This document shows positions 29,145 to 38,439 of a stretch of 64,000 nucleotides of DNA, piece by piece. The notes below the pieces were generated by a model. It did not search any database and had not been told where the DNA came from. It worked only from the letters and a program-made list of their open reading frames with translations. The stretch is from Verrucomicrobiia bacterium (lineage in GTDB: Bacteria > Verrucomicrobiota > Verrucomicrobiia > Limisphaerales > UBA1319). The stretch spans positions 2,240,001-2,304,000 of the forward strand of contig OY760937.1 of the NCBI GenBank assembly GCA_963664225.1, read 5' to 3'. Numbering within the stretch: position 1 is the stretch's first letter; each line of letters begins with the position of its first letter. Made by a program: the position numbers and the translations under genes.

Positions 29145-30720
29145 TCCCAACGACATCGCCCTCGTCAAATCCACTCTGGAAGCCGGAGGCGTTATTTGCG
29201 AGACAACCTGCGTAAAAAACCGCGTCGATTTTATTGCCGCGCTCGAACGCAATGGCATCGACTTGGTCCTTTCGGATTTCTCGCTGCCCGCATTTGATGG
29301 GTTGTCCGCGGTAAATATCGTCCGCGAGAAATGGCCTGATCTGCCCGTCATCCTTGTCTCCGGCACTTTAGGCGAGGAATTGGCCATCGATTCGCTCAAG
29401 AGCGGCGCCACGGATTATGTCCTGAAAGAACGGCTTTCACGGCTCGTTCCCGCGGTGCGTCGCGCCATGCAGGACGTGGAGGAACGGACCGAGCGCCGGC
29501 GCCTGCAGGCTCAGTTTATAGAAGCGCAAAAAATGGAAATAATCGGCCAGCTCGCCGGCGGAGTTGCGCATGATTTTAACAACATGCTCGGGGTTATCAT
29601 TGGTTATTGCGATTTCATCTCGTCAGACCTGGGCCCCGACAATCCATTGCAGAAATATACCGGGGAGATCCGCCACGCATCCGAGCGTGCCACCGGCTTG
29701 ACGCGCCAATTACTCGTCTTTAGCCGCAAACAAGCCGTGCAACCCATTGTTCTCGATCTCAACGATGTGGTGAATGAACTGAGCCTGATGTTAAGGCGGC
29801 TCATCGATGAGAATATAGACCTGACAATCGTTCCCGGAACAGAAATCGGGCGCATCAAGGCCGACTCTGGCCACATGGGACAAATACTGATGAATCTGGT
29901 CATCAATGCGCGCGATGCCATGCCCAACGGGGGCAAACTTTCAATCGCAACAGCAAATGTGTCGATCGATAAAAATTGCACGTTAAGGCACTCGGGCGCA
30001 ATTCCCGGCGATTACGTGATGCTCAGCGTCAGTGACACGGGAACCGGCATGACCGGGGACGTCAAAGCGCGGTTGTTTGAAGCGTTTTTCACCACCAAAC
30101 CATCCGGAAAGGGAACCGGTTTGGGACTGGCGACCTGCCAGACGATCGTCCAACAATGCGGAGGTCACATTGAAGTCTGGAGCGAAGTTGGAAAAGGCAC
30201 GACATTCAAAATCTATTTTCCAAGAGTGCGGCAACCATTGGATGCCGGGGCAGGGTCGATTCGCATCGGTCCATTGCCACGAGGCACGGAAACCGTGCTG
30301 GTAGTGGAAGATGAGCCATCCCTCAAACACCTGGCTTGTGACGTATTGGAAGCCCAGGGTTATGAAGTGCTGTCGGCCTCAAACGGCCAGGATGCGATAC
30401 ATGTGGCGCATGAGCATAAAGGATCGCCAATCCGATTGGTGGTCACCGATGTCATCATGCCACTGATGGGTGGCAAACTGCTGGCGGACAATCTGAAATC
30501 GAGTTATTCCGATCTGAAATTCCTCTTCACCTCCGGTTACACGGATGAGGCCATCACCGAACACGGAGAGAACGACCCGGGCATTGAATTCCTGCCCAAA
30601 CCCTATACGCCAGCGACGCTCGCCTGCAAAGTGCGCGACATGCTGGACCGGGGCTCCCACTCACAGCCTGTCAAACCATCCTGCATCTCCGACACTTGTG
30701 CCGTGGATGGGCTCAATTAA
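29107..30720 (+). CDS. Hybrid REC-HisKA-HATPase-REC kinase (CckA-like)
   Basis: AGGAGG RBS before TTG 29107; AGGVAHDFNN, NLVINARDAM, FFTTK..GKGTGLGL, C-terminal receiver. Confidence 0.92.
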   Translation: MKTPLHILHLEDDPNDIALVKSTLEAGGVICETTCVKNRVDFIAALERNGIDLVLSDFSLPAFDGLSAVNIVREKWPDLPVILVSGTLGEELAIDSLKSGATDYVLKERLSRLVPAVRRAMQDVEERTERRRLQAQFIEAQKMEIIGQLAGGVAHDFNNMLGVIIGYCDFISSDLGPDNPLQKYTGEIRHASERATGLTRQLLVFSRKQAVQPIVLDLNDVVNELSLMLRRLIDENIDLTIVPGTEIGRIKADSGHMGQILMNLVINARDAMPNGGKLSIATANVSIDKNCTLRHSGAIPGDYVMLSVSDTGTGMTGDVKARLFEAFFTTKPSGKGTGLGLATCQTIVQQCGGHIEVWSEVGKGTTFKIYFPRVRQPLDAGAGSIRIGPLPRGTETVLVVEDEPSLKHLACDVLEAQGYEVLSASNGQDAIHVAHEHKGSPIRLVVTDVIMPLMGGKLLADNLKSSYSDLKFLFTSGYTDEAITEHGENDPGIEFLPKPYTPATLACKVRDMLDRGSHSQPVKPSCISDTCAVDGLN

Positions 30721-30726
30721 TCCGCG

Positions 30727-30744
30727 ATGGGGTAAAGACCCCAT
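30727..30744 (+). promoter_or_regulatory. Palindromic regulon box 4
   Basis: ATGGGGTAAAGACCCCAT, then TTGCAC-N17-TAGCTT. Confidence 0.78.
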
Positions 30745-30816
30745 TGCACGCGTCCGTCACCGGCTTTAGCTTCACGCCATGAAACAGGAAAGATTCGTCC
30801 ACGGTGGAGGTGACAA

Positions 30817-31014
30817 ATGTCGTTAATTTCTGTTGCGGTTACGCTGATAATTGTCGGAGTGCTCCTCTGGCTGGTCAATGCCTATATTCCGATGGATGGG
30901 AAGATTAAAAAGATTCTCAACGTCGTTGTTGTTATTTGCGTCATAGTGTGGCTGCTGTACGCCTTTGGCATCATCAGCCACACTGGGGATATCCGGGTTC
31001 CTCGGGTTCAGTGA
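30817..31014 (+). CDS. Thivi_2564-family small membrane protein
   Basis: LIIVGVLLWLVNAYIPM..KIKKILNVVVVI.V.VWLL; GGAGGTGA RBS. Confidence 0.82.
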   Translation: MSLISVAVTLIIVGVLLWLVNAYIPMDGKIKKILNVVVVICVIVWLLYAFGIISHTGDIRVPRVQ

Positions 31015-31180
31015 ATATTTCCCTGCTGACGGGCCGCCAGTCGAAGTCTGCGGCCCGTCACCAGTCATGGCCAAAGCACGCCTCTTTTCTCGATTTCCCG
31101 CCCGCACTTTTCCCAATCGATTCGCACGGACAATACTCCTTTTCACGAGCCTGGGCACTATCACTTTATCAGCAATTCGC

Positions 31181-31198
31181 ATGGGGTAAAGACCCCAT
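31181..31198 (+). promoter_or_regulatory. Palindromic regulon box 5
   Basis: ATGGGGTAAAGACCCCAT (identical to box 4), weak -10 TAAATG 23 nt downstream, upstream of the MlaA-PKS operon. Confidence 0.72.
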
Positions 31199-31496
31199 GG
31201 CGAACAAGTGAAATTTAGGGCTAAATGGGTCGCATGAGAGATCATCGTTCCACACACTCCAAAATAACAGCCACTGGATATTCCGACCCCGAGCTGCCGA
31301 AGCGATGTGGAATTAAAATCTCCTGGAGCAGGGAAACCATCAGCCCGATCCTTATCAAGAACCAACCTATTGAGAGGGCGGCGGAGATTGATGGAGGCAA
31401 TCGATTTCCCAATCGATTTCGTGGGTATGAGGCGCTGCTTTCGTATATCTTGAAAATTCCAATGGTTTTTGTCTCAAAACCCGGGAGGCGGATGGC

Positions 31497-33467
31497 TTGA
31501 ATATCCCACCGCGCCGGACATTTCAGTACTCCGTGCTGAGTGGCTTATCATTGTGCTTCATGTTATTCTGCCAGGCTCAGGAACCCACCCCTCCCCTGAA
31601 AAACGAGCAGACGACTGAAACCATTATTCTCCCCAAATCCGTTCCCGATCCCATCGAACCATTTAACCGGGTGATGTGGGCCTTCAACAAAGGTTTGATG
31701 AAGGATGTGATAAAACCGACGAGCAGGATCTACCGGTTTGTCATCGTGAAACCGGTTCGAACCGGAATCCGGCATTTTGGCAGGAACCTCACGTATCCGG
31801 GGAGATTGATCAACAATTTGCTGCAGGGAAAGTGGGCCGGAGCGCGCGACGAATCCTACCTGTTTTTTTGCAATACCACCGTCGGAGTGGCCGGGATCTT
31901 CGATTTGTCGGACAAATGGAAGATTGCAAAATCGGATGCGGATTTTGGCCAGACGCTCGGGCAATGGGGCTGGAAGCCCGGGTTATTTATAATGTTGCCG
32001 TTTATTGGACCGAGCAATGAAAGGGATACCCTGGGCCTGGCGGCGGACACAGCGGCCAATCCCCTTCTCTACATCTCTCCCTACGACCTCGATGCGGGCA
32101 ATCCTCTCACGTATCTTGGCCCTTACACGTATTTCACCTACGCGGTCAAATATAACGATTTATCAGACAGTGTTGGAGAATTTGTGCGCTTCAGTCAGGC
32201 GGAAATGGATCCGTATTCCGAGATTCAGTATGCCTGGACATTCGCAAGAGCCAATCAGGTGGCGGATTTCCGTGTGGAGGGCAAACAGGACGAGGCCACC
32301 TTGGAGACACTCGAATCCGTCTTCTTCACCTTCAAAGATCCTGAGTTTCCCGTCCACGCCAGGACCCGGTCGGTTCGGATTCCAGCCACAGGCCGGAAGT
32401 TGAAATTCACGTATTGGCTGCAACCGGGAAAAGCGCCTGTGGTTTATATCGCACCCGGTCTGGGAGCTCATCGGTTGTCCCAGACCGCACTGGCGCTGGC
32501 CGAGTTGGTTTACAGGAACGGTTTCTCCGCAGTGTGTGTCAGCAGCGCGTTCAATTCCGAGTTCATGGAGCACGCTTCAACAGCCGCCATGCCGGCTTAT
32601 CTGCCGGTGGATGGCCACGATTTGCATGTTGCGTTCACGGAAATTGATCGCCGCCTGAATGCACTGTATCCGGATCGTTTGGAGAAGAAAGCGCTGCTGG
32701 GCTATTCGATGGGTGCTTTCCATTCCTTGTACATTGCGGCCACCGAACCGACGAACAAGTCGCCACTCATAAAGTTCAACCGTTTCGTTGCCATCAACAC
32801 CCCGATTCGATTGATGCATGGGATTTACAAACTGGACGAATTTTATCAGGCACCCCTTGAATGGCCCACGGCAGAACGTGCCGAGAAGATTGAAAACAGC
32901 TTTTTAAAGGTGGCCGCCCTGAGCAAAACCACCCTGACCCCGCAAACCTCACTGCCCTTCAACGCCATTGAATCCAAGTTTCTCATCGGGGTGATGTTTC
33001 GACTCACGCTGCGGGATATGATTTACAGCAGTCAGCGGCGCAATAATCAGGGCGTTCTGCAACACCCATTCATGAGCCTCCGGCGCGATCCCGCATACCA
33101 GGAGATTCTCCAGTATTCCTACCGTGATTATTTTGAAAAGTTCGTGGTTCCCTATTACCGGTTCCGGGGGTTGGCAACGCCCACGGGTGAAGCGCTGGAA
33201 AAAGCCGGTGATTTACGGACGTATGATGCCGGCATGCGCGCCAATCCGGACATCCGCGTCATCGTGAATCAAAACGATTTTCTGCTGGAGGCCGGGGATC
33301 TGGCCTGGCTCCAGGCGACGTTCACAACGGAACAATTGACTATATTCAAGCAAGGCGGACATTTGGGGAATCTCCAGAATCCGACAGCGCAAAAGACGAT
33401 TTTGAATGCGCTGGAGGGTTTGAAGACCGAACAGAGACGAACATGCAACCCCAACGTGGCAAAATAG
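31497..33467 (+). CDS. MlaA/VacJ domain fused to alpha/beta-hydrolase
   Basis: N-terminal DPIEPFNRVMWAFN, NTTVGVAGIFD, DFGQTLG.WG, LPFIGPSN.RD (MlaA). C-terminal GYSMG nucleophile elbow, NDFLL, GGHLGN. GGAGG RBS before TTG. Confidence 0.85.
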   Translation: MNIPPRRTFQYSVLSGLSLCFMLFCQAQEPTPPLKNEQTTETIILPKSVPDPIEPFNRVMWAFNKGLMKDVIKPTSRIYRFVIVKPVRTGIRHFGRNLTYPGRLINNLLQGKWAGARDESYLFFCNTTVGVAGIFDLSDKWKIAKSDADFGQTLGQWGWKPGLFIMLPFIGPSNERDTLGLAADTAANPLLYISPYDLDAGNPLTYLGPYTYFTYAVKYNDLSDSVGEFVRFSQAEMDPYSEIQYAWTFARANQVADFRVEGKQDEATLETLESVFFTFKDPEFPVHARTRSVRIPATGRKLKFTYWLQPGKAPVVYIAPGLGAHRLSQTALALAELVYRNGFSAVCVSSAFNSEFMEHASTAAMPAYLPVDGHDLHVAFTEIDRRLNALYPDRLEKKALLGYSMGAFHSLYIAATEPTNKSPLIKFNRFVAINTPIRLMHGIYKLDEFYQAPLEWPTAERAEKIENSFLKVAALSKTTLTPQTSLPFNAIESKFLIGVMFRLTLRDMIYSSQRRNNQGVLQHPFMSLRRDPAYQEILQYSYRDYFEKFVVPYYRFRGLATPTGEALEKAGDLRTYDAGMRANPDIRVIVNQNDFLLEAGDLAWLQATFTTEQLTIFKQGGHLGNLQNPTAQKTILNALEGLKTEQRRTCNPNVAK

Positions 33468-33502
33468 TCGAAGAGTCTCGCGCAACCACACCTGACTCGG
33501 GC

Positions 33503-34561
33503 ATGTATTTGAACGGAATCGCCACAGAGGTTCCACCCCGGCATTTCACGCAAGCGGAATGTTGGGCGGCCCTTCAACAAGCGCCCCAGTTTCAACAACT
33601 CAACGCACGCTCTCATGCGCTGCTTAAAAAAGTATTGTCCGCTGATAATGGCATCGCAACGCGGCACCTGTCGGTGGAGAATTTGGAGGAAGCATTTGTC
33701 CTGACACCCGATACGCTGCACGACCGTTTCGCCCGGCACGCTCCCTTGCTCGCCATGAAAGCCGCTGAACGCGCCCTTGCCAATGCCCGGCTCACGCCCC
33801 CGGAAGTGGACGCTGTCATCATCAGCACCTGCACCGGCTATCTGTGTCCCGGACTCACCAGTTATGTCAGCGAAAGCCTCGGGCTGCGTGCCGACGTGCA
33901 CGCGCTTGATCTGGTCGGGCAAGGCTGTGGTGCGGCGCTGCCGAACTGGCGCACCGCGGAAGCGCTGCTGACCGCGGGCCGGGCGCAACATGTCCTGTCC
34001 GTGTGCGTCGAAATTTGCAGCGCGGCATTCTACCTCGACAACGATCCCGGCGTGCTGATCAGCGCCTGTTTGTTTGGGGATGGTGCGGCAGCGGCCGTGT
34101 TATCCTCTCAACCCTCAGCGCACGCAAGACGGGTGCAATGGAAAGAAGCCATAAGTTCTCTCAACCCGGCAGAGCGCAACTCACTTCGCTTCGAGCAACG
34201 GAACGGCATGCTGCGGAACATCCTGTCCCGCGAAGTACCTGACCTCGCAGCAAAACATGCTGAAAAGATTTTCGTCGAGATGTTTCGCCGCCACCCGCTC
34301 AAGCGCACCGATGTGACCGGCTGGATTATGCATGGCGGAGGTCGTGAGGTGCTGGCCGCCCTGCAAAAACAGCTTGGACTCAACGAAGCTGATTTGCGCC
34401 TGAGTGCCGCCGTCCTGCACGATTTTGGCAATGTCAGCAGTCCGTTCGTGCTCTTCGTCCTGGAAAAGGCGCTGGCTGAAAACGCGCCCGGCGGCTGGTG
34501 GTGGATGTCCTCCTTCGGCGCGGGTTTCAGTTGTCACGGAGCACTCCTGAAGGTGGATTGA
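33503..34561 (+). CDS. Type III polyketide synthase (chalcone/stilbene synthase family)
   Basis: Catalytic Cys (GQGCG), His (MHGGG) and Asn (FGNVSS); STCTG, EICS, LFGDGA, FGAG. Confidence 0.93.
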   Translation: MYLNGIATEVPPRHFTQAECWAALQQAPQFQQLNARSHALLKKVLSADNGIATRHLSVENLEEAFVLTPDTLHDRFARHAPLLAMKAAERALANARLTPPEVDAVIISTCTGYLCPGLTSYVSESLGLRADVHALDLVGQGCGAALPNWRTAEALLTAGRAQHVLSVCVEICSAAFYLDNDPGVLISACLFGDGAAAAVLSSQPSAHARRVQWKEAISSLNPAERNSLRFEQRNGMLRNILSREVPDLAAKHAEKIFVEMFRRHPLKRTDVTGWIMHGGGREVLAALQKQLGLNEADLRLSAAVLHDFGNVSSPFVLFVLEKALAENAPGGWWWMSSFGAGFSCHGALLKVD

Positions 34562-34564
34562 ATC

Positions 34565-35269
34565 ATGCTTCGCATTGTCGAACCCGAACTCCTTGACAAC
34601 CTGAATGCCTCCGATCCTCTGGCCGTTGGGTCGCGATCCGATCTTCGCCGGTTGAATTACATCATGGGGCATGCGGCCATTCTGTCGCGCGCGTTTCGCC
34701 TTCACCTCGACGCAATCCCTGCCCCCTCACGTCCGCTCCGACTGGTCGAACTGGGGGCGGGAGATGGAACGCTGCTTTTGCGGCTGGCCCGCCGGTGGTC
34801 GCCGCCGGGTGTGACCGCCCATGTCACATTGGTGGATCGGCAAAATCTTGTTTCAGTGGAAACGCGCCACGCCTTCGCCGCACTCGATTGGTCGATGGAA
34901 AGTGTGAGGATGGATGTCTTTGCGTGGCTTGAATCCTCAACTCCCGTCGTGGATGTGATGCTCGTTAATTTGTTTTTACACCATTTTCAGGACAGGTCAT
35001 TGAAGACACTGCTGCGGCTGGCTGCAGCGAAAACCAATCTGTTTATTGCGTGCGAGCCGCGTCGCACAAATCTCGCGCTCGCCGCCTGCTGCTTTCTCCG
35101 GTTTGTGGGGTGCAACCGCATCACACGCCACGATGCCCATGCGAGTGTGCGCGCCGGATTTGTCCCTGATGAACTCTCCGCGCTCTGGCCTTCTGAAACC
35201 TTTTGGAGGTTGAGGGAACAACCGGACCGACTGTTCAGCCACTGTTTCATCGCTAAAAGAGATGACTGA
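34565..35269 (+). CDS. SAM-dependent methyltransferase (type III PKS-associated)
   Basis: PELLD, DLRRLN, ELGAGDG, NLFLHHF, HDA..SVRAGF. Confidence 0.85.
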   Translation: MLRIVEPELLDNLNASDPLAVGSRSDLRRLNYIMGHAAILSRAFRLHLDAIPAPSRPLRLVELGAGDGTLLLRLARRWSPPGVTAHVTLVDRQNLVSVETRHAFAALDWSMESVRMDVFAWLESSTPVVDVMLVNLFLHHFQDRSLKTLLRLAAAKTNLFIACEPRRTNLALAACCFLRFVGCNRITRHDAHASVRAGFVPDELSALWPSETFWRLREQPDRLFSHCFIAKRDD

Positions 35270-36296
35270 AATCATCACCATCGTGGGCGGTGGCCTGGCC
35301 GGATTGAGCCTGGGCATCGGACTGCGTCAACGCGGCGTCCCGGTCACGGTGTGGGAAGCCGGACGCTATCCGCGACACAGGGTCTGCGGCGAATTCATCT
35401 CCGGAGGCGGGCAGGATTCGCTGGCCCGACTGGGCTTGTTGGATGGATTGGCAGGCGCGGGCGCTTGCTCCGCGGTGAATGCGGCATTCTTTGCAGGGAG
35501 GTCAATGGCAGCGTTGCGGCCGCTTCCGCGTGCCGCTTTGTGCGTCTCGCGCTTTGTTTTGGATCAATGGCTCGCAAGTGAGTTTCAACGCCTCGGCGGC
35601 GATCTGCGTTTGGGCGCGCGCTGGACCGGCGCATTCGGTCCGGGAATTGTTCATGCCGGCGGTCGCCGTCCGCAGCCCGTGGTGAATGGCTGGCGTTTGT
35701 TCGGGCTCAAAGTTCACGCCCGCAGGATCGAAATGGACGCGGATCTCGAAATGCATTTTGTGCCCGCTGGCTATGTGGGCTTGTGTCGCCTGTCAGGGGG
35801 CGAAGTCAACATCTGCGGCTTGTTTCGCAGCAAGGCGGCCGTGCCCGACCTGGCGCAGCACTGGCGCAATTGGCTGGGTGGGCCGGAAGATTCAGTTCTG
35901 CGTTCGCGTCTGGCCAATGCGCAAATCAATGAAGATTCCTTCTGTTCGGTGGCCGGTCTTTGCCTGCAACCGCGGCGCTCAAGACATCAAAACGAGTGCT
36001 GTATCGGCGATTCCCTGACGATGATTCCGCCGGTGACAGGCAACGGCATGTCGATGGCTCTTGAATCTTCGGAACTGGCCATGGAGCCTCTCGCAGCCTT
36101 CAACCGCGGCGGCCTGACCTGGACGCAAGCACAGCAGGATATATCCAGAAGTTGCGATCTCAAATTCAACACAAGACTGCGTTGGGCCGCGTGGTTGCAA
36201 TGGGCTTTGTTCAATCCGACAGTGCGCTCCGTCCTGCTGTTCCTGACCGCGCGCTCAAAACCGCTCTGGCGCGGCATATTCGAACGGACACGCTGA
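35262..36296 (+). CDS. FAD-dependent oxidoreductase/monooxygenase (PKS-associated)
   Basis: VGGGLAG, HRVCGEFIS, SRFVLD, IGD...IPPVTGNGMSMA. Confidence 0.85.
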   Translation: MTEIITIVGGGLAGLSLGIGLRQRGVPVTVWEAGRYPRHRVCGEFISGGGQDSLARLGLLDGLAGAGACSAVNAAFFAGRSMAALRPLPRAALCVSRFVLDQWLASEFQRLGGDLRLGARWTGAFGPGIVHAGGRRPQPVVNGWRLFGLKVHARRIEMDADLEMHFVPAGYVGLCRLSGGEVNICGLFRSKAAVPDLAQHWRNWLGGPEDSVLRSRLANAQINEDSFCSVAGLCLQPRRSRHQNECCIGDSLTMIPPVTGNGMSMALESSELAMEPLAAFNRGGLTWTQAQQDISRSCDLKFNTRLRWAAWLQWALFNPTVRSVLLFLTARSKPLWRGIFERTR

Positions 36297-36368
36297 CATC
36301 CACCAGCCTGGCACCGCCTATTTTGATAAACGTCGCACTCATGTATCACGTACTTTAGAGAATACCTG

Positions 36369-36385
36369 GTAGGGTAACACCCCAT
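36369..36385 (+). promoter_or_regulatory. Palindromic regulon box 6
   Basis: GTAGGGTAACACCCCAT, then TGGCAC-N17-TATTGT. Confidence 0.78.
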
Positions 36386-36544
36386 GGCACCGCCACGGGT
36401 CCATGTCTATTGTAAAATTAATGAAACCGGAAAGTCCCTGATTAGAAACCATCAGAACGCGAAAACAGCACTTTTAATTAAGCGCAACCGCAAAAGCATT
36501 GTGATGCTTTTATGACCATTACATTGCAACCCATTGAACCCACT

Positions 36545-36670
36545 ATGATTGCACTTATAATTCAACCCATGTTTGCAGCAGCGGGTTACTCGCTGATCTA
36601 TCTTCTGGGAGGAGGGGGTCTTTTGGGAGCCATCATCATTTTCATCATAGCAAAAATGCTTCGCAAATAG
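36545..36670 (+). CDS. 41-aa Gly-rich membrane microprotein (not in ORF track)
   Basis: MIALIIQPMFAAAGYSLIYLLGGGGLLGAIIIFIIAKMLRK*: hydrophobic with a basic C-terminus, downstream of box 6. Confidence 0.65.
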   Translation: MIALIIQPMFAAAGYSLIYLLGGGGLLGAIIIFIIAKMLRK

Positions 36671-36700
36671 TTTATACATCTCAACATCTTGCTCAAGTCC

Positions 36701-37069
36701 ATGAAACACAATAAAAACCGCCATACCGCCCCAAACACAGGGCCTCAGCTCGTGCCCGTTTGTTTTGAATTCACCGATCCGAAAGCCACCACGGTTAGCG
36801 TGGCGGGAACTTTTAACCAGTGGAAACCCGAAGCCAAGACTTTGCATCCCGCCGGGGTTGGTCATTGGATAAAGGAAACGGCTTTGGCGCCCGGAACCTA
36901 CGAATATTGTTTGGTGGTGGACGGCCAGTGGATGCCTGACCCGCTTGCAAAAGAAACCGTGTCAAATCCGTACGGAGGGAGAAACTCGGTTTTAAAAGTG
37001 TTCGGCAATGCGCATGCAGCCCACCTCGACAACGCTGAATTTGAACCAATGAAAGATTCGTTAAAATAG
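36701..37069 (+). CDS. Glycogen-binding (CBM48/AMPK-beta-like) domain protein
   Basis: V.VAGTFNQW, LAPGTYEY..VVDGQW..DP, NPYGGRNSV. Confidence 0.88.
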   Translation: MKHNKNRHTAPNTGPQLVPVCFEFTDPKATTVSVAGTFNQWKPEAKTLHPAGVGHWIKETALAPGTYEYCLVVDGQWMPDPLAKETVSNPYGGRNSVLKVFGNAHAAHLDNAEFEPMKDSLK

Positions 37070-37083
37070 AAAAGCTCGAAATT

Positions 37084-37389
37084 ATGAATAAATACACACA
37101 AGCAATCAGTGATGACCTTGGCCAACTGGCCGAAGACGCGCGCTCTCTGATGGAAGCCACCGCGGACGTGGCCGGAGAAAAGGTAGTGCAGGCCCGAAAG
37201 CGCCTCGCGGCCGCATTGGAACATAGCAAGAAAATTGCGAGCGGTGTGCGCGACAAAGCCGTTGAAGGGGCGAAAACGGCCGACGAAGCAGTCCGGGACA
37301 ACCCTTATCAGGCCATTGGCGCAGGCCTTGGGGTCGGGGTTGTCATCGGATTTCTACTCGCCCGCCTTTACTCCTGCAACCGCGAGTAG
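37084..37389 (+). CDS. DUF883 / ElaB-YqjD-family protein
   Basis: L.EDA..L..ATA, D..VRDNPYQAIG...GVG.VIGFLL C-terminal tail anchor. Confidence 0.88.
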   Translation: MNKYTQAISDDLGQLAEDARSLMEATADVAGEKVVQARKRLAAALEHSKKIASGVRDKAVEGAKTADEAVRDNPYQAIGAGLGVGVVIGFLLARLYSCNRE

Positions 37390-37629
37390 GTCCGTTGCGC
37401 CGCACTTTGGATGTGATTCAGGAAGCGAGCAGTGAACAGAAGTCTCACTGTTTCCGCCGGTGAAATCGCCACGCCAAGAACTTTAATTTTGACCATCAGA
37501 TTTTGTGCCGCGTTATCGGGTCACGAAAGAAAATTGGGATAACTGATCCGGTCAACCCATGATGGTTCAATCAAGAGCGGTTCGTCCGGTCGGCTGGCGG
37601 CCATTGCGGCCATGACCCCCCGCCCGGAT

Positions 37630-37959
37630 CGCTGTCTTCACAGCCACGGCCATGAGTCGCCGAGCCACGGCTTTGACCGCCGGGTATGTAGTAGTGGAGA
37701 GAAATGAAAGCGCAACGACGTCAGGTTATTCCCTGACAACAGACTGGGCAATATGCTCCGCTTTCATCCCGGGATGGCAGGTATCAAACATCCGGACCTG
37801 ATATCCCTTTTGGCGGAGAATAGGAGCAGGCGTCTGAATTCCCAAGGACGGGAATGCCGTCCCCTTGACTCTCCCATTGTCCGACGTCGATCGAACCAGT
37901 TCATTGGAAAGCACCCGGCAGAAGCTGTCGTCGCCCACGAAAACCAGGATTATATTAAT
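37630..37959 (-). pseudogene. Truncated B12-binding radical SAM gene
   Basis: Reads (ATT)NIILVFV...AFPSLGIQT.APILRQKGYQVRMFDTCHP..HIAQSVVRE*PDVVALSFLSTTTYPAVKAVARRL. In-frame TAA at 37726-37728, no ATG, no CxxxCxxC domain follows. Confidence 0.7.
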
Positions 37960-38311
37960 AATCCGTCATCGTGTTTGCTTTCTGAGGCGTGAATGCGTGC
38001 TCTGGGCACGGGAGTCGTCAACGCTCCTGATGGACGACTGGTTTTCACGAACACTTTATACCAATGTTTTCGAGCGGCAGTTAGGTTTTTACTTACCTCT
38101 TCAATGGGCGCGCATCCGGTACGCCAACTGGACGTTTAAGTCCCAAACCATTGATCCCAACGCAAGGCGATTATTTGCGATAAAACGTGTCGCTTGAAAC
38201 GGCCACGGCGACCGACTCCCGGTGTTCGATTCAAACACGCGCGTTTATGGTCAGGGTGCCATTTTGCCTTTTCCCATAAGTGTCTTATACTTTGAAAGCC
38301 ATTGGCGTGTC

Positions 38312-38329
38312 ATGGGGTGTTTACCCCAT
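38312..38329. promoter_or_regulatory. Palindromic regulon box 7 (possibly bidirectional)
   Basis: ATGGGGTGTTTACCCCAT (identical to box 2). Plus strand TACTGT 23 nt downstream toward cgs; minus strand TATAAG 22 nt downstream. Confidence 0.75.
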
Positions 38330-38439
38330 AGCGCAGAAGCGTTTCCATCGCGTACTGTGCTGCGACTGGTCTGTCAGATACGGCAATACACTCAAGAGGT
38401 CACCAATTGGAAACTGGTTATGGCGGAAGTAAGAACACC

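Noticed and set aside
31108..31420. Repeated TTTCCCAATCGATT and tandem AATCGATTTC near the MlaA promoter
   Set aside because: Only two or three short local copies and no recurrence seen elsewhere; no function can be supported.
36385..36400. TGGCAC/TGGC after the boxes read as sigma54 -24 elements
   Set aside because: No TTGC at the required -12 position; a sigma70-like -10 at 17-19 nt fits better.
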